From NCBI GenBank assembly GCA_965235115.1, contig OZ249436.1:19470001-19534000 (forward strand): a DNA stretch of 64,000 nucleotides, given 5' to 3'. Positions within the stretch are counted from its first letter, which is position 1, and the number at the start of each line of letters is the position of its first letter. The position numbers and the translations under genes were made by a program. Shown here piece after piece: positions 21,040 through 34,175 of this stretch. Source of the stretch: Laetmonice hystrix (lineage: Eukaryota). The notes beneath the pieces were generated by a model, which was not told the origin of the DNA, did no database searches, and saw only the letters and a list, made by a program, of their open reading frames with translations.

Positions 21040-23290
21040 AAACTCTAGCAGTGAGATGGCGACCAACCAACAGGGGCTTTGGAAACTCTAGCAGTGAGAT
21101 GGCGTACTGACCAACCAACAGGGGCTTTGGAAACTCTAGAAGTGCATGAGATGGAGACCTAACCAGCCAACAAAGGCTTTGGAAACTCGAGAAGTGAGAT
21201 AGAGACCTAACCAGCCAACAAAGGCTTTGGAAACTCTAGAAGTGAGACGGAGACCTAACCAGCCAACAAAGGCTTTGAAAACTCTAGAAGTGAGACGGAG
21301 ACCTAACCAGCCAACAAAGGCTTTGGAAACTCTAGAAGTGAGACGGAGACCTAACCAGCCAACAAAGGCTTTGGAAACTCTAGAAGTGAGACGGAGACCT
21401 AACCAGCCAACAAAGGCTTTGAAAACTCTAGAAGTGAGACGGAGACCTAACCAGCCAACAAAGGCTTTGGAAACTCTAGAAGTGAGACGGAGACCTAACC
21501 AGCCAACAAAGGCTTTGGAAACTCCAGAAGTGAGACAGAGACCTAACCAACCAACAAAGACTTTGGAAACTCTAGAAGTGAGATGGAGACCTAACCAGCC
21601 AACAAAGGCTTTGGAAACTCGAGAAGTGAGATAGAGACCTAAACCAGCCAACAAAGGCTTTGGAAACTCTAGAAGTGAGACGGAGACCTAACCAGCCAAC
21701 AAAGGCTTTGGAAACTCTAGAAGTGAGACGGAGACCTAACCAGCCAACAAGCTGCAGAGTTACATGGCGCACTGGCCAGTAAAATTGAGATGGCACCCTG
21801 ACGATAGCCAACAAAGGGTTTAGATAATTAAGATGGCACCCTGACGATAGCCAACAAAGGTTTTAGATACTCTAGAATTGAGATGACACCCTGACGATAG
21901 CTAACAAAGGTTTTAGATACTCTAGAATTGAGATGACACCCTGACGATAGCTAACAAAGGTTTTAGATACTCTAGAATTGAGAGGGCACCCTGACCAGCC
22001 AACAAAGGGTTTAGATAATTAAGATGGCACCCTGACGATAGCCAACAAAGGTTTTAGATACTCTAGAATTGAGATGGCACCAAGACGATAGCCAACAAAG
22101 GTTTTAGATACTCTAGAATCGAGATTGCACCCTGACGATAGCCAACAAAGGTTTTAGATACTCTAGAATTGAGATGGCACCCTGACGATAGCCAACAAAG
22201 GTTTTAGATACTCTAGAATCGAGATGGCACCCTGACGATAGCCAACAAAGGTTTTAGATACTCTAGAATTGAGATGACACCCTGACCAGCCAACAAAGGG
22301 TTTAGATACTCTAGAATTGAGATGGCACCCTGACGATAGCCAACAAAGGGTTTAGATAATTAAGATGGCACCCTGACGATAGCCAACAAAGGTTTTAGAT
22401 ACTCTAGAATTGAGATGGCACCCTGACGATAGCCAACAAAGGGTTTAGATAATTAACATGGCACCCTGACGATAGCCAACAAAGGTTTTAGATACTCTAG
22501 AATTGAGATGACACCCTGACGATAGCTAACAAAGGTTTTAGATACTCTAGAATTGAGAGGGCACCCTGACCAGCCAACAAAGGGTTTAGATACTCTAGAA
22601 TTGAGATGACACCCTGACGATAGCGAACAAAGGGTTTAGATACTCTAGAATTGAGATGACACCCTGACGATAGCTAACAAAGGGTTTAGATACTCTAGAA
22701 TTGAGATGACACCCTGACGATAGCTAACAAAGGTTTTAGATACTCTAGAATTGAGATGACACCCTGACGATAGCGAACAAAGGGTTTAGATACTCTAGAA
22801 TTGAGATGACACCCTGACGATAGCGAACAAAGGGTTTAGATACTCTAGAATTGAGATGACACCCTGACGATAGCGAACAAAGGGTTTAGATACTCTAGAA
22901 TTGAGATGACACCCTGACGATAGCCAACAAAGGTTTTAGATACTCTAGAATTGAGATGACACCCTGACGATAGCGAACAAAGGGTTTAGATACTCTAGAA
23001 TCGAGATGGCACCCTGACGATAGCCAACAAAGGGTTTAGATACTTTAGAATTAAGATGGCACCCTGACGATAGCCAACAAAGGTTTTAGATACTCTAGAA
23101 TTGAGAGGGCACCCTGACGATAGCCAACAAAGAGTTTAGATATTCTAGAATCGAGATGGCACCCTGAGCAGCCAACAAAGGGTTTAGATACCCCGAATGT
23201 CACATGGCCTACTGACCCCGCCAACAGAGGCTTTAGATACTGTCAATGTGAAATGACACCCTGACCAGCCAACAGAAGCCGGAAATACTG
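21040..23290. repeat. Compound tandem array: 48-bp units (21040-21750) grading into related 50-bp units (21785-23290)
   Basis: 48-mer aaccagccaacaaaggctttggaaactctagaagtgagacggagacct; 50-mer ccctgacgatagccaacaaaggttttagatactctagaattgagatggca. Shared core gccaacaaagg...actctagaa.tgaga. Confidence 0.95.
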
Positions 23291-23493
23291 TTTTGTTCCT
23301 CTGTGCTAATCTCATTCTCCGCTGGCCAGTATTGATTGCCATATCTTTGGGCCCGTTGGGGCCTTGGCATGTTCAGCAGATTGGGATATTCTTCAACTCG
23401 AACTGTGTGCGTCTTGCCGATAGCAGCAACCGCAGCCAGGGGCATAGCCAGAGTCAGAGTCATGACCAAAACCATAACCATGGCCGCGGCCAT
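23266..23493 (-). CDS. Candidate exon 1 of an unknown secreted protein (speculative)
   Basis: MAAAMVMVLVMTLTLAMPLAAVAA (signal-peptide-like) followed by IGKTHTVRVEEYPNLLNMPRPQRAQRYGNQYWPAENEISTEEQNSISGFCWL, then CTG|gtcagg in phase 0. No recognisable homology. The hydrophobic stretch is encoded by a degenerate hexamer repeat. Confidence 0.25.
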
Positions 23494-25261
23494 GGCCAAA
23501 CCACGGCCTGCTGGTCTGTTGAAATTGGATTCCTTGGTGATGCAGGTCCTAGGTCAACAACTTCGTGGTATAAGACAATATAATTAAGAAAATACAAATG
23601 GATTAGGGTTAAGGTTAGGATTAGGGATAGGATTATGAAGAAATATTGAAAATATAATACATTACGAACTTCAGGTCCTAAATGTCAAAATATTACCTGA
23701 CGAAACACAAAAGATTTTATGAGATTCCAAGAGACTGAAATGAAAACACAAGAAAAATTTTTAACGCGGTGGAAATATTTCCAGTTTTTCTGCCTTCTCA
23801 ATTGTTAAGTGAAAGTAAAAACCCGAAAAATCTATAGTGATTTCCGAGGAAATAGCAAATGACACATGCATGCATGATATAAGGATATGATATAAAACTC
23901 CTGTATACAAGGACAGGGAATAATTTCATTGAATCAGATATTGTGATAACTTGATTTCACTGCGTCATTCCACACGGCTCCCTGCTCGACCAGCGCAGAC
24001 AGTCAATGTTCTGAAGATAACCTTCAACTCTGAGAGATTGGCCGTCTCATCTCTGATCACACGACCCGCTGACTCAATAGTCTGCTCTCACATTCTCAGC
24101 TTGGTTTGATTCCAGACAGAGTCACACGGAGGTAAGAATAAAGAAAAGTTTGATAGGCCCATGTCATTATTGGACTACTATTTTTAGGTTGGCTTATTTA
24201 ATTCCTAATGTTTAAATCACGATTAGATCTTACGTAAAACCTCAGCTTCAGTTGACACCTGCTCCAAAGTAAAGAATCAGCTATGGGAAATCAGCTATGG
24301 GAAATCAGCTATGGAAAACAGCTATGGCATAGGAAATTTACGGTAATAAAGAAAGTCAGGTTTAGTATGTGAAATCCCCCCAAGACGCCCCTCGGTGCCG
24401 ACCTACCTGAATCAGCAGTATATATAGCACCCTCATATCTAACTAGATCCCATTCGTCATCTATTCGCTTCACACAGGGCCACCAGTAGAGAATCATTTC
24501 CCACGCCAGAGTCTGATGTCTTGTGAAGTCCTCCGACCACGGCTCTCTGCCCCAGCCTCCTGACGGCAACGTCACCTTTGGTAGCGTTAACTAAACATGT
24601 CGACTCGCCGTCATGTACATCAACCATCTCTCATCGCCACTCAAAACGATACCACGTCACCTCGATTTCCGGGCCCGGCTCCACCGTCCGCGCTCGTTAT
24701 TTGCAATGTTCACTGAAATGCTGTCATTCTGTGCTTGGCCTGCTGTCCAGCGCCTTCATAAATCAGGGTTCACAGAATATTGGTGTGGCGGTAGAGATGG
24801 CTTTCAAGTGGGTATTTCAGCAGACATCAATGTATTATTGATATGCTCACGTGTTACGTGAGGTCTATTGGATCGTATGAAACCACCAGATGAATTAATT
24901 TCCCCTTTGACCTCTGTCCTTTGACCCTGTCAAAGAGATACGAGGAACAGTGCATAATTCACTAATCCACCCGTCATTTTATGCGAAGCATACATCCAAC
25001 TTCTGAGGGAGTGTCTGGGTCCCCATTCTTCATTGTTCTACCACTCCGAGCAACTGATGGGATCATTTACTGACGAGACACACCTCACATCACGCTCTCC
25101 ATACAAATGAGACAAGCTTTGGCAGTTCTCACACCAAGCCTGATCATATCCCACTTTGTTATAACGAGGCGGCGAAGCTTTCGCCAGCCGAGCTCATACT
25201 GAGATGTGTGTTAAAATGTGCACTGACTTTTTGCTAATTACGTAATTACGTCGTTGCGAGG

Positions 25262-25408
25262 TTCCGTCGATTGTGGCGGTCCGTCGATTGTGACGTTCCG
25301 TCGAGTGTGACGTTACGTCGAGTGTGACGTTCCGTCGAGTGTGACGTTACTTCGAGTGTGACGTTACGTCGAGTGTGACGTTCTGTCGAGTGTGACGTTC
25401 CGTCGAGT
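25262..25408. repeat. 16/17-bp minisatellite, ~9 copies
   Basis: Unit gtcgagtgtgacgtt(c/a)c. Confidence 0.9.
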
Positions 25409-28134
25409 GTGTGTTTATTTGTCAGCAGTGGTTGTTGCTCGTGTCCCCGTTGTTGCTCGTCCAGCAGTACTATACGATGTTACTCGGAGTTACCAATCAG
25501 GGGACGTCCCCATGTCTTCGTCCAACGTGCCCGTAGGATCCCAAACCAGGATCATTACGTGGTAGTCGACCCTCATGACCTGCAGCTTTGCCACTCATAT
25601 ATCTGGTTTATATCCGGAATGTTCTATTCCTGGTCGCTGCGCAGATCAACGTGTTGGTGTAGGTTGGATTGTTATAGAAATGAAACCCTTGTCCTGTATA
25701 CAAGAGCTCTAGTTCCTTCTCTGTATGGTATATGTATTGTTCTTTCTACTGCGTGGAGCGGACTTCCTGTGGTCTGCCTTCTATCGTTGTCAGACCTCAT
25801 GTAATTTCCACGTGATCGATTCCTTCGGGCGCCGTGCTTTCTTGCCTGGGCTGAGAAAGGAAATTCATTGGATGAAGAAATGCACACGGGTTTTACTGTT
25901 ATCTCAAGCTTTTCTGATTCTGTCGTATTCCCCATCAATCACGGCCTTAAAGGAACGCTACACGATCTCAAAGGATGGCTAGACTTGGAACCTCGGGTAA
26001 ACCAGCCAGAGTATGCTGGTATATAGTGGTGCTGGGGCACAGACCAGCACTGCAGTCTTTCCAGTCGGGTGCTCCGGGATCTATGTGGTATCCTCAGGGA
26101 ACCAGCTCTATCCTGGAGATAAATCCAGTCGTTTGAATGTCGACATGCTTCAAACATGTACATGTGGTGAGCTGACTGCACAAGTCCTTCTCTGGAGCCG
26201 AGACCAGTAATTATTGCCGTTATTGGCTCAGTGTTCTTGCTGCTGATTCCGTGTAGAGCTGGGATAGCACAACAATACCAGTGCTGCTGGTTCACAGGAT
26301 ATAATAATATAAGTGGTGATCTCCAGTTTACCGAGAACAAGTCGGTAGTCGATTGTCAATCCTGATAGGTGGTGGCGTGCAGCGAGTCCTCTGTGCAGCC
26401 CGGGTGGCGTTGTGGGGTGGGTGGGAGTGGGGGTGAGTAGCCGGATAACATGGCGGGTGGGGTGGGGGTAAGTACCCCGCTGGGTGTCTAGGCGCCTGGT
26501 GGGTGCCTTAACCGGTTGCGGGCTGTGGAGGCATTGTCAGCCATGTGGTGCCTGGCTGACGGATGGTTGACGTCCTGGCGGCGGGCCAGTGCCTCCCGTC
26601 CTGTCAATGTCGGTCTGTCCTCCACGCCCGTCCTCCCAGTGACTGCCTCTCCACTCAATAAAGATTGTCAAGCGGTTCCTTCCAACAAAAACAGCATTGT
26701 AATCTCATTGCATCAATCCTGTGAAAGCAGGCCAAGCACAACGCATTGACTGCTATATGGAAGTCATGTCTGTGACTTGAAGTCATGAGGTTTTTATGGA
26801 GGGAACTTTAAAGAGCGACATAGCAACTCGAGTTCTCCAAGAGGAAGGTCCTGGATTCCGGCCTAAAGGACCCCGAGAGACGCAGCATGTGCAGTGGTAG
26901 CAATCAGTCAAGCAGTCCTAATTACAGGCCCGTATACGTCTGTCAAGTTGACCTCGATGGGTGTGCCTGGTCGGCATGAAGAGAGTGTGAACCATTGGTA
27001 GTACTCGTGGTCAAACTAAATACACGCGTATGCCAGTCCACACCCACCAGAAGCCACAGACTGACGTGCAGCTGAACCACCAGCTTTCCTTTTGAACAGC
27101 CATGCAGCCTCCACCAACCAAAGAGCAGTGCCCTGTCGGAACACTAGAGGGGCGAGTTCTACCAACCCCAGCTCACGTTTTCTGCTGCACCCGTATTGTC
27201 TTATTCTGCTGTCGGTAAGGATCACTACTTGATCTTGTCACGTGACTGCCTTGTGAAGGGGGCGGTGGCGCTCGGTGACATACCAGCCCGAGGCTCGGTC
27301 TCAAACTGCCTCCGATCAATTGAAGTTTTCTGTCGGACTGGAGCCCGACTGGCACAAGGACAGAATATGGAGCGGTTCAGGCTGTGTGTGCGGGACGGGG
27401 GGTGGAGGAGGAGGAACCAAGTCATCTTTCTGGTCGACTGGTAGAGAAATGGGTCCACCGTGGAGCTAAAGCGAGCAGGAAATTCACAAAGGAGGCGGAC
27501 CCACTAAAACCAGACCCTTACTTAATAACTACCCAATCGGGTCCCTGACGTAGACTGCGTTAAACGGAGGGTGAGCAACATCTATTGTGACTGAGAGTTA
27601 GCCCAGAGCGACGTTAGGAATTGTTTCTTTGCCTCCGCCTGTGCTGGGCTGGGTGGAAGCTGCCGCCTCGCCTCGCCTCACACGAGGCTCGAGTCGTGCA
27701 TCGATGCATGAGGTTGTCTATTGATCTGGCACGGCACAAGTCCTCCTCTGCATACACGGCCGGGTTGATTGTGCCCCACTCTGGTGGGGTGTTCGGGGTA
27801 GAAGGGTGGTGGTGGTGGTGGGGGTGGGGTTGGGGGGGCTGAGAGTGGGGTCTGCTACTCCTGCATGGTCAACGTCAGTAATAACTGGTCGGCTACAGAG
27901 GGAGAACATCGGTCATAGTTACCCCCTGCCTCTCTTACCCCCCGCACCCCCAACCCCTCACGACGCTCTTACCCCAGTTCCAACCCCTTCACTCTAAACT
28001 TGATGCATGAGGATACTAGGCACTTTCGTGTTCCTTCCTACTAGTCACTTTGATATCGACCCCCCCCCCATTTTTCATAATTCTTTTATTTTACTTCAGA
28101 GCATGTGGGCCAAAATATGTCGTCATCAGCGGGA

Positions 28135-29190
28135 CGAGAGGTCCTTACTGCGTCCGCACAGCCATCCTTGTCCCATCCTCACTCTGATACACTGATCATT
28201 ATAGCTATCCGCTGGGTCATCATTAGGGGCCGAGAGGTCCTTACTGTATCCGCACAGCCATCCTTGTCCCATCCTCACTCTGATACACTGATCATTATAG
28301 CTATCCGCTGGGTCATCATTAGGGGCCGAGAGGTCCTTACTGCGTCCGCACAGCCATCCTTGTCCCATCCTCACTCTGATACACTGACCATATCCTCTGT
28401 CCCATCATCAGGGGCCGAGAGGTCCTTACTGTATCCGCACAGCCATCCTTGTCCCATCCTCACTCTGATACACTGATCATTATAGCTATCCGCTGGGTCA
28501 TCATCAGCGCGCCTAGAGGTCCTTACTGTATCCGCACAGCCATCCTTGTCCCATCCTCACTCTGATACACTGACCATAGCTATCCGCTGGGTCATCATTA
28601 GGGGCCGAGAGGTCCTTACTGTATCCGCACAGCCATCCTTGTCCCATCCTCACTCTGATACACTGACCATAGCTATCCGCTGGGTCATCATTAGGGGCCG
28701 AGAGGTCCTTACTGTATCCGCACAGCCATCCTTGTCCCATCCTCACTCTGATACACTGACCATAGCTATCCTCTGTCCCATCATCGGGGGCCTAGAGGTC
28801 CTTACTGTATCCGCACAGCCATCCTTGTCCCACCCTCACTCTGATACACTGACCATAGCTATCCTCTGTCCCATCATCAGGGGCCTAGAGGTCCTTACTC
28901 TATCCACACAGCCATCCTTGTCCCATCCTCACTCTGATACACTGACCATAGCTATCCGCTGGGTCATCATTAGGGGCCGAGAGGTCCTTACTGTATCTGC
29001 GCAGCCATCTTTGCACATCAGCGGGTCAACAGGTCCTTACTGTATCCGCACAGCCATCCTTTTGTCCCCCCTCACTTTGATACACTGACCATAGCTATCC
29101 TCTGTCCCATCATCAGCGGGCCTAGAGGTCCTTACTGTATCTGTACAGCCATCTTTGCACATCAGCGGTCCTCACTGTATCCGCACAACC
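28135..29190. repeat. ~93-96-bp tandem array, ~11 copies
   Basis: Unit gagaggtccttactgtatccgcacagccatccttgtcccatcctcactctgatacactgaccatagctatcc...; degenerates at the right end. Confidence 0.93.
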
Positions 29191-29390
29191 ATCCTACTTC
29201 AACGCTCAGTCCGATTCACTGACCTCTGCTATCCCCTGGGCCATCCCCACGACCCCCACGACCATAAAGCGTGTTTGGTAAACAGCTGAAAGTTATAAGA
29301 TCCGTTGATTTATGGTGTACATAATGATGTTTCCCTCTACCAGTAGAAACTGTTTTCTAGAGTTTCCCTTATCTGCCTCCAATAGGTTAA

Positions 29391-29561
29391 AGGCCCATGC
29401 TCACGAAGGCGATTGGCCTTGTGACGGCCACGCGATTTTTGATTTAATGGTGGAATTTCACTCTGTTTAGTTTTTCTGGATGACCTTCACAGTAAAGTAA
29501 AAGGGTGATGTCAAAATCGCATGGGCGTCGCAAGGACAATGGCCTATGTGGGCATGGGCCT
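29391..29561. mobile_element. MITE, probably PIF/Harbinger (Tourist-like), 171 bp
   Basis: ~50-bp imperfect TIRs (aggcccatgctcacgaaggcgattggccttgtgacggccacgcgatttt vs the reverse complement of aaaatcgcatgggcgtcgcaaggacaatggcctatgtgggcatgggcct). Flanked by TAA / CAA, compatible with a TAA TSD with one change. Confidence 0.7.
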
Positions 29562-30051
29562 CAATTCTGTCTCACGTCTCGCTTACTGTAATACTGTGAG
29601 TTGATTTCCACAAGCAGTTTACACTCTATCACACGGCAGTCTGTCCGAACCACCTCGTTTATTTCCGGCTTTCCTCGGGTTCTGCTGCTCAGACATGAAG
29701 AAAACGTCCTGACACTCTCCTACACGACTTGTCGGTTGTATGACAGGAACTGGCTGCCAGTCTTCCATCAGAGCAGTTCGGTAAATCACACCACTAACGA
29801 CCCCTGGTGGCTACTCCCCGCAGCTCTTGTCGCTCTCATTCACACGTGGCGTGCCGGAGACCCGGATGTTGGAGACCGACTTAACGACTGACTCTTCATT
29901 ATTTACCGCCGGTCACGTGGGGGGCAGCTCCCCAAGGTAACAGTCCCACGAACATATCGGGTGAGAACTGAGAATATTATCACCATTCCTGACTGACACG
30001 AGACTAACACATTATACAACAACCTGTGTTATCAACCCATGATTGGCCAGG

Positions 30052-31840
30052 TAACACATCACCTTAGGACGCTGACGGCAGTGGTTGTTAGGAAAGGTTT
30101 GGTCCAGACACGAGACTATAACACATCACCCTAGGACGCTGACGGCAGTGGTTGTTAGGAAATGTTTGATCCAGACATGATACCATGACACCACCCTAGG
30201 ACGCTGACGGCAGTGGTTGTTAGGAAAGGTTTGATCCAGACACGAGACTATAACATACCACCCTAGGACGCTGACGGCAGTGGTTGTTAGGAAAGGTTTG
30301 GTCCAGACACGAGACTATAACACACCACCCTAGGACGCTGACGGCAGTGGTTGTTAGGAAAGGTTTGATCCAGACATGAGACTATAACACACCACCCTAG
30401 GACGCTGACGGCAGTGGTTGTTAGGAAATGTTTGGTCCAGACACGAGACTATAACACACCACCCTAGGACGCTCACGGCACTGGTTGTTAGGAAAGGTTT
30501 GATCCAGACACGAGACTAACACATTATACAACAACCTGTGTTATCAACCGATGGTTGGCCAGGTAACACATCACCCTAGGACGCTCACGGCAGCCACTGT
30601 TAGGAAAGGTTTGATCCAGACATGATACTATAACACACCACCCTAGGACGCTGACGGCAGTGGTTGTTAGGAAAGGTTTGATCCAGACATGATACTATAA
30701 CACACCACCCTAGGACGCTCATGGCAGTGGTTGTTAGGAAATGTTTGGTCCAGACACGAGACTATAACACACCACCCTAGGACGCCCACGGCAGTGGTTG
30801 TTAGGAAAGGTTTGATCCAGACATGAGACTATAACACACCACCCTAGGACGCTGACGGCAGTGGTTGTTAGGAAAGGTTTGGTCCAGACACGATACTATA
30901 ACACACCACCCTAGGACGCTGACGGCAGTGGTTGTTAGGAAATGTTTGATCCAGACATGAGACTATAACACACCACCCTAGGACGCTCACGGCAGTGGTT
31001 GTTAGGAAATGTTTGGTCCAGACATGAGACTATAACACACCACCCTAGGACGCTCACGGCAGTGGTTGTTAGGAAATGTTTGGTCCAGACATGAGACTAT
31101 AACATACCACCCTAGGACGCTCACGGCAGTCACTGTTAGGAAAGGTTTGATCCAGACATGATACTATAACACACCACCCTAGGACGCTGACGGCAGTGGT
31201 TGTTAGGAAATGTTTGATCCAGACATGATACTATAACACATCACCCTAGGACGCTCACGGCGGTGGTTGTTAGGAAAGGTTTGATCCAGACATGAGACTA
31301 TAACACATCACCCTAGGACGCTCACGGCAGTCACTGTTAGGAAAGGTTTGATCCAGACATGAGACTATGACACATCACCCTAGGACGCTCACGGCAGTGG
31401 TTGTTAGGAAAGGTTTGATCCAGACATGAGACTATAACACATCACCCTAGGACGCTCACGGCAGTCACTGTTAGGAAAGGTTTGATCCAGACATGAGACT
31501 ATGACACATCACCCTAGGACGCTCACGGCAGTGGTTGTTAGGAAAGGTTTGATCCAGACATGATACTATAACATACCACCCTAGGACGCTGACGGCAGTG
31601 GTTGTTAGGAAATGTTTGATCCAGACATGATACTATAACACATCACCCTAGGACGCTGACGGCAGTCACTGTCAGGAAAGGTTTGATCCAGACATGATAT
31701 AATAACAGACCACCCTAGGACGCTGACGGCAGTGGTTGTTAGGAAAGGTTTGATACAGACACGAGACTATAACACACCGCCCTAGGACGCTGACGGCAGT
31801 CACTGTTAGGAAAGGTTTGATCCAGACATGACACTAACAC
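30052..31840. repeat. 67-bp tandem array, ~26 copies
   Basis: Unit ccctaggacgct(g/c)acggcagtggttgttaggaaaggtttgatccagacatgagactataacacacca. Confidence 0.96.
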
Positions 31841-31999
31841 AGATACGTCATTATTGCCAGATGGTCTCTTGTTTTCCCCACAGAGGGGGGAAATCCTGAC
31901 ATTGAATGTCTTCTGGCTTGGTTTGCTGGTATGTATTTTCAGCTCTTTCAACTGATTCATTGTTCGGTTACTCACGAGTGTGAACCTAACGGGATCATA

Positions 32000-32700
32000 C
32001 CTCGATTCCACAGAACTGATGACCGACTACCTTGCCCCTCGATTCCACAGAACTGATGACCGACTACCTTGCCCCTCGATTCCACAGAACTGATGACCGA
32101 CTACCTTGCCCCTCGATTCCACAGAACTGATGACCGACTACCTTGCCCCTCGATTCCACAGAACTGATGACCGACTACCTTGCCCCTCGATTCCACAGAA
32201 CTGATGACCGACTACCTTGCCCCTCGATTCCACAGAACTGATGACCGACTACCTTGCCCCTCGATTCCACAGAACTGATGACCGACTACCTTGCCCCTCG
32301 ATTCCACAGAACTGATGACCGACTACCTTGCCCCTCGATTCCACAGAACTGATGACCGACTACCTTGCCCCTCGATTCCACAGAACTGATGACCGACTAC
32401 CTTGCCCCTCGATTCCACAGAACTGATGACCAACTACCTTGCCCCTCGATTCCACAGAACTGATGACCGACTACCTTGCCCCTCGATTCCACAGAACTGA
32501 TGACCGACTACCTTGCCCCTCGATTCCACAGAACTGATGACCGACTACCTTGCCCCTCGATTCCACAGAACTGATGACCGACTACCTTGCCCCTCGATTC
32601 CACAGAACTGATGACCGACTACCTTGCCCCTCGATTCCACAGAACTGATGACCGACTACCTTGCCCCTCGATTCCACAGAACTGATGACCGACTACCTTG
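32000..32700. repeat. 37-bp tandem array, ~19 nearly identical copies
   Basis: Unit cctcgattccacagaactgatgaccgactaccttgcc, with no spacers. Confidence 0.97.
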
Positions 32701-33607
32701 TCCCATTGTGAAGAATCAACATTATGGAGGCAATACCATAATAAAGTCCTAGTCGATGTCTTCTTGCTTAATCCGCGTGATTGTCTCAATACTTCCTTAC
32801 CTGAGGCTGTCCAATTAGGATAATCCCGGGACCAGGTCAAGATCAGCTTTAATTGCTCATCTACAGATGGCTCAGAGTTAGACGTTATCCTAGCTAGTAT
32901 ATGATAGGATTAGCTCGAGGTCTCGGGTCTGGGAGTCTCGGGTCTTGGAGTCTCGGGTCTTGGAATCTGAGGAGGACCATGTCAATCCGACCCAGCATAC
33001 TCTGGATGTCCTTATTTATTTTCGTTTCCTGCGAATTCAATATTAATAGGGAGACTGGTCCCTTCCCCCTTACCATTATATAGGCCTACACCCCTATACA
33101 CAGCTGTCCATCATATCGTATGTCCCTAACCGAGCTGTCCATGATATACCCCCCAACCTAGCTGTGAATCCTGTATGCCCATACCTTTAGCTGCCCATCG
33201 CACCAACGCACCTGAAGCCTTCTATACCAAACAAAACGCCCAGTCATCTTCTTTTTCTGAACCGCTTCAATTACACGACAGTAACTCCCAGCGCCCGTAG
33301 CGGGAGGCATCTCAACTCCAGGCATTGGTAATCTCTATGTTTGACAGTGACTTAAACGGATTAGGACGTTACAGCTCCACTTGTATTGATTAAGTCAATC
33401 TAAGTGATGGCTCAAGCATCCATTTCTTTGATTCATTAAATCAGCTTCATTTTTTTAATCTATCGTTCCTTCTTTCATTGAATATGATTTTTCCTTGATT
33501 TCGAATTCACTATAGATGTGCCCATTCCAGCATCTACAGCTACAGCTTCACCGAATCGTGTACATCTAAATCACGGAGGATATTTGATTGATTAAAATAA
33601 TATAATC

Positions 33608-34175
33608 TCGGGATATGATGGACCAGAATGTAATGTTTGTGGACATGCTCGAGATATGAGGGACCAGAAATGTTTGTGGACATGCTCGAGATATGAAGGA
33701 CCAGAATGTAATGTTTGCGGGCATGCTCGAGATATGAGATACCAGAATGTAATGTTTCTGGACATGCTCGAGATATGAGGGATCAGAATGTAAGATTTGT
33801 GGACATGCTCGGCACATGAGGGATCAGAATGTAAGATATGCTGGACATGCTCGGGAAATGAGGGATCAGAATGTAATGTTTGTGGACATGCTCGGGATAT
33901 GAGGAACCAGAATGTTGGACATGCTCGGGACATGAGGGATCAGAATGTAATGTTTGTGGACATGCTCGAGATATGCGCGACCAGAATGTAATATTTGTGG
34001 TCATGCTCGGGACATGAGGGATCAGAATGTAAGATTTGCTGGACATGCTCGGGATATGAGGGATCAGAATGTAAGATTTGCTGGACATGCTCGGAATATG
34101 AGGGATCAGAATGTAAGATTTGCTGGACATGCTCGGGATATGAGGGACTAGAATGTAATGTTTGTGGACATGCTC
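33608..34175. repeat. ~42-bp minisatellite, ~13 copies
   Basis: Unit gggatcagaatgtaagatttgctggacatgctcgggatatga with variants. Confidence 0.92.

Noticed and set aside
23600..23636. Telomere-like TTAGGG tract (also 17464-17477)
   Set aside because: Only 2-4 degenerate units; such tracts are common in interspersed elements.
25410..27500. Possible decayed LINE/retroelement coding sequence
   Set aside because: Complex, coding-like composition, but I found no convincing RT or endonuclease motif in the frames I checked. Needs a BLASTX/Dfam search.
32000..32700. CRISPR-like 37-bp repeats
   Set aside because: Head-to-tail copies with no unique spacers, no cas genes, eukaryotic context.
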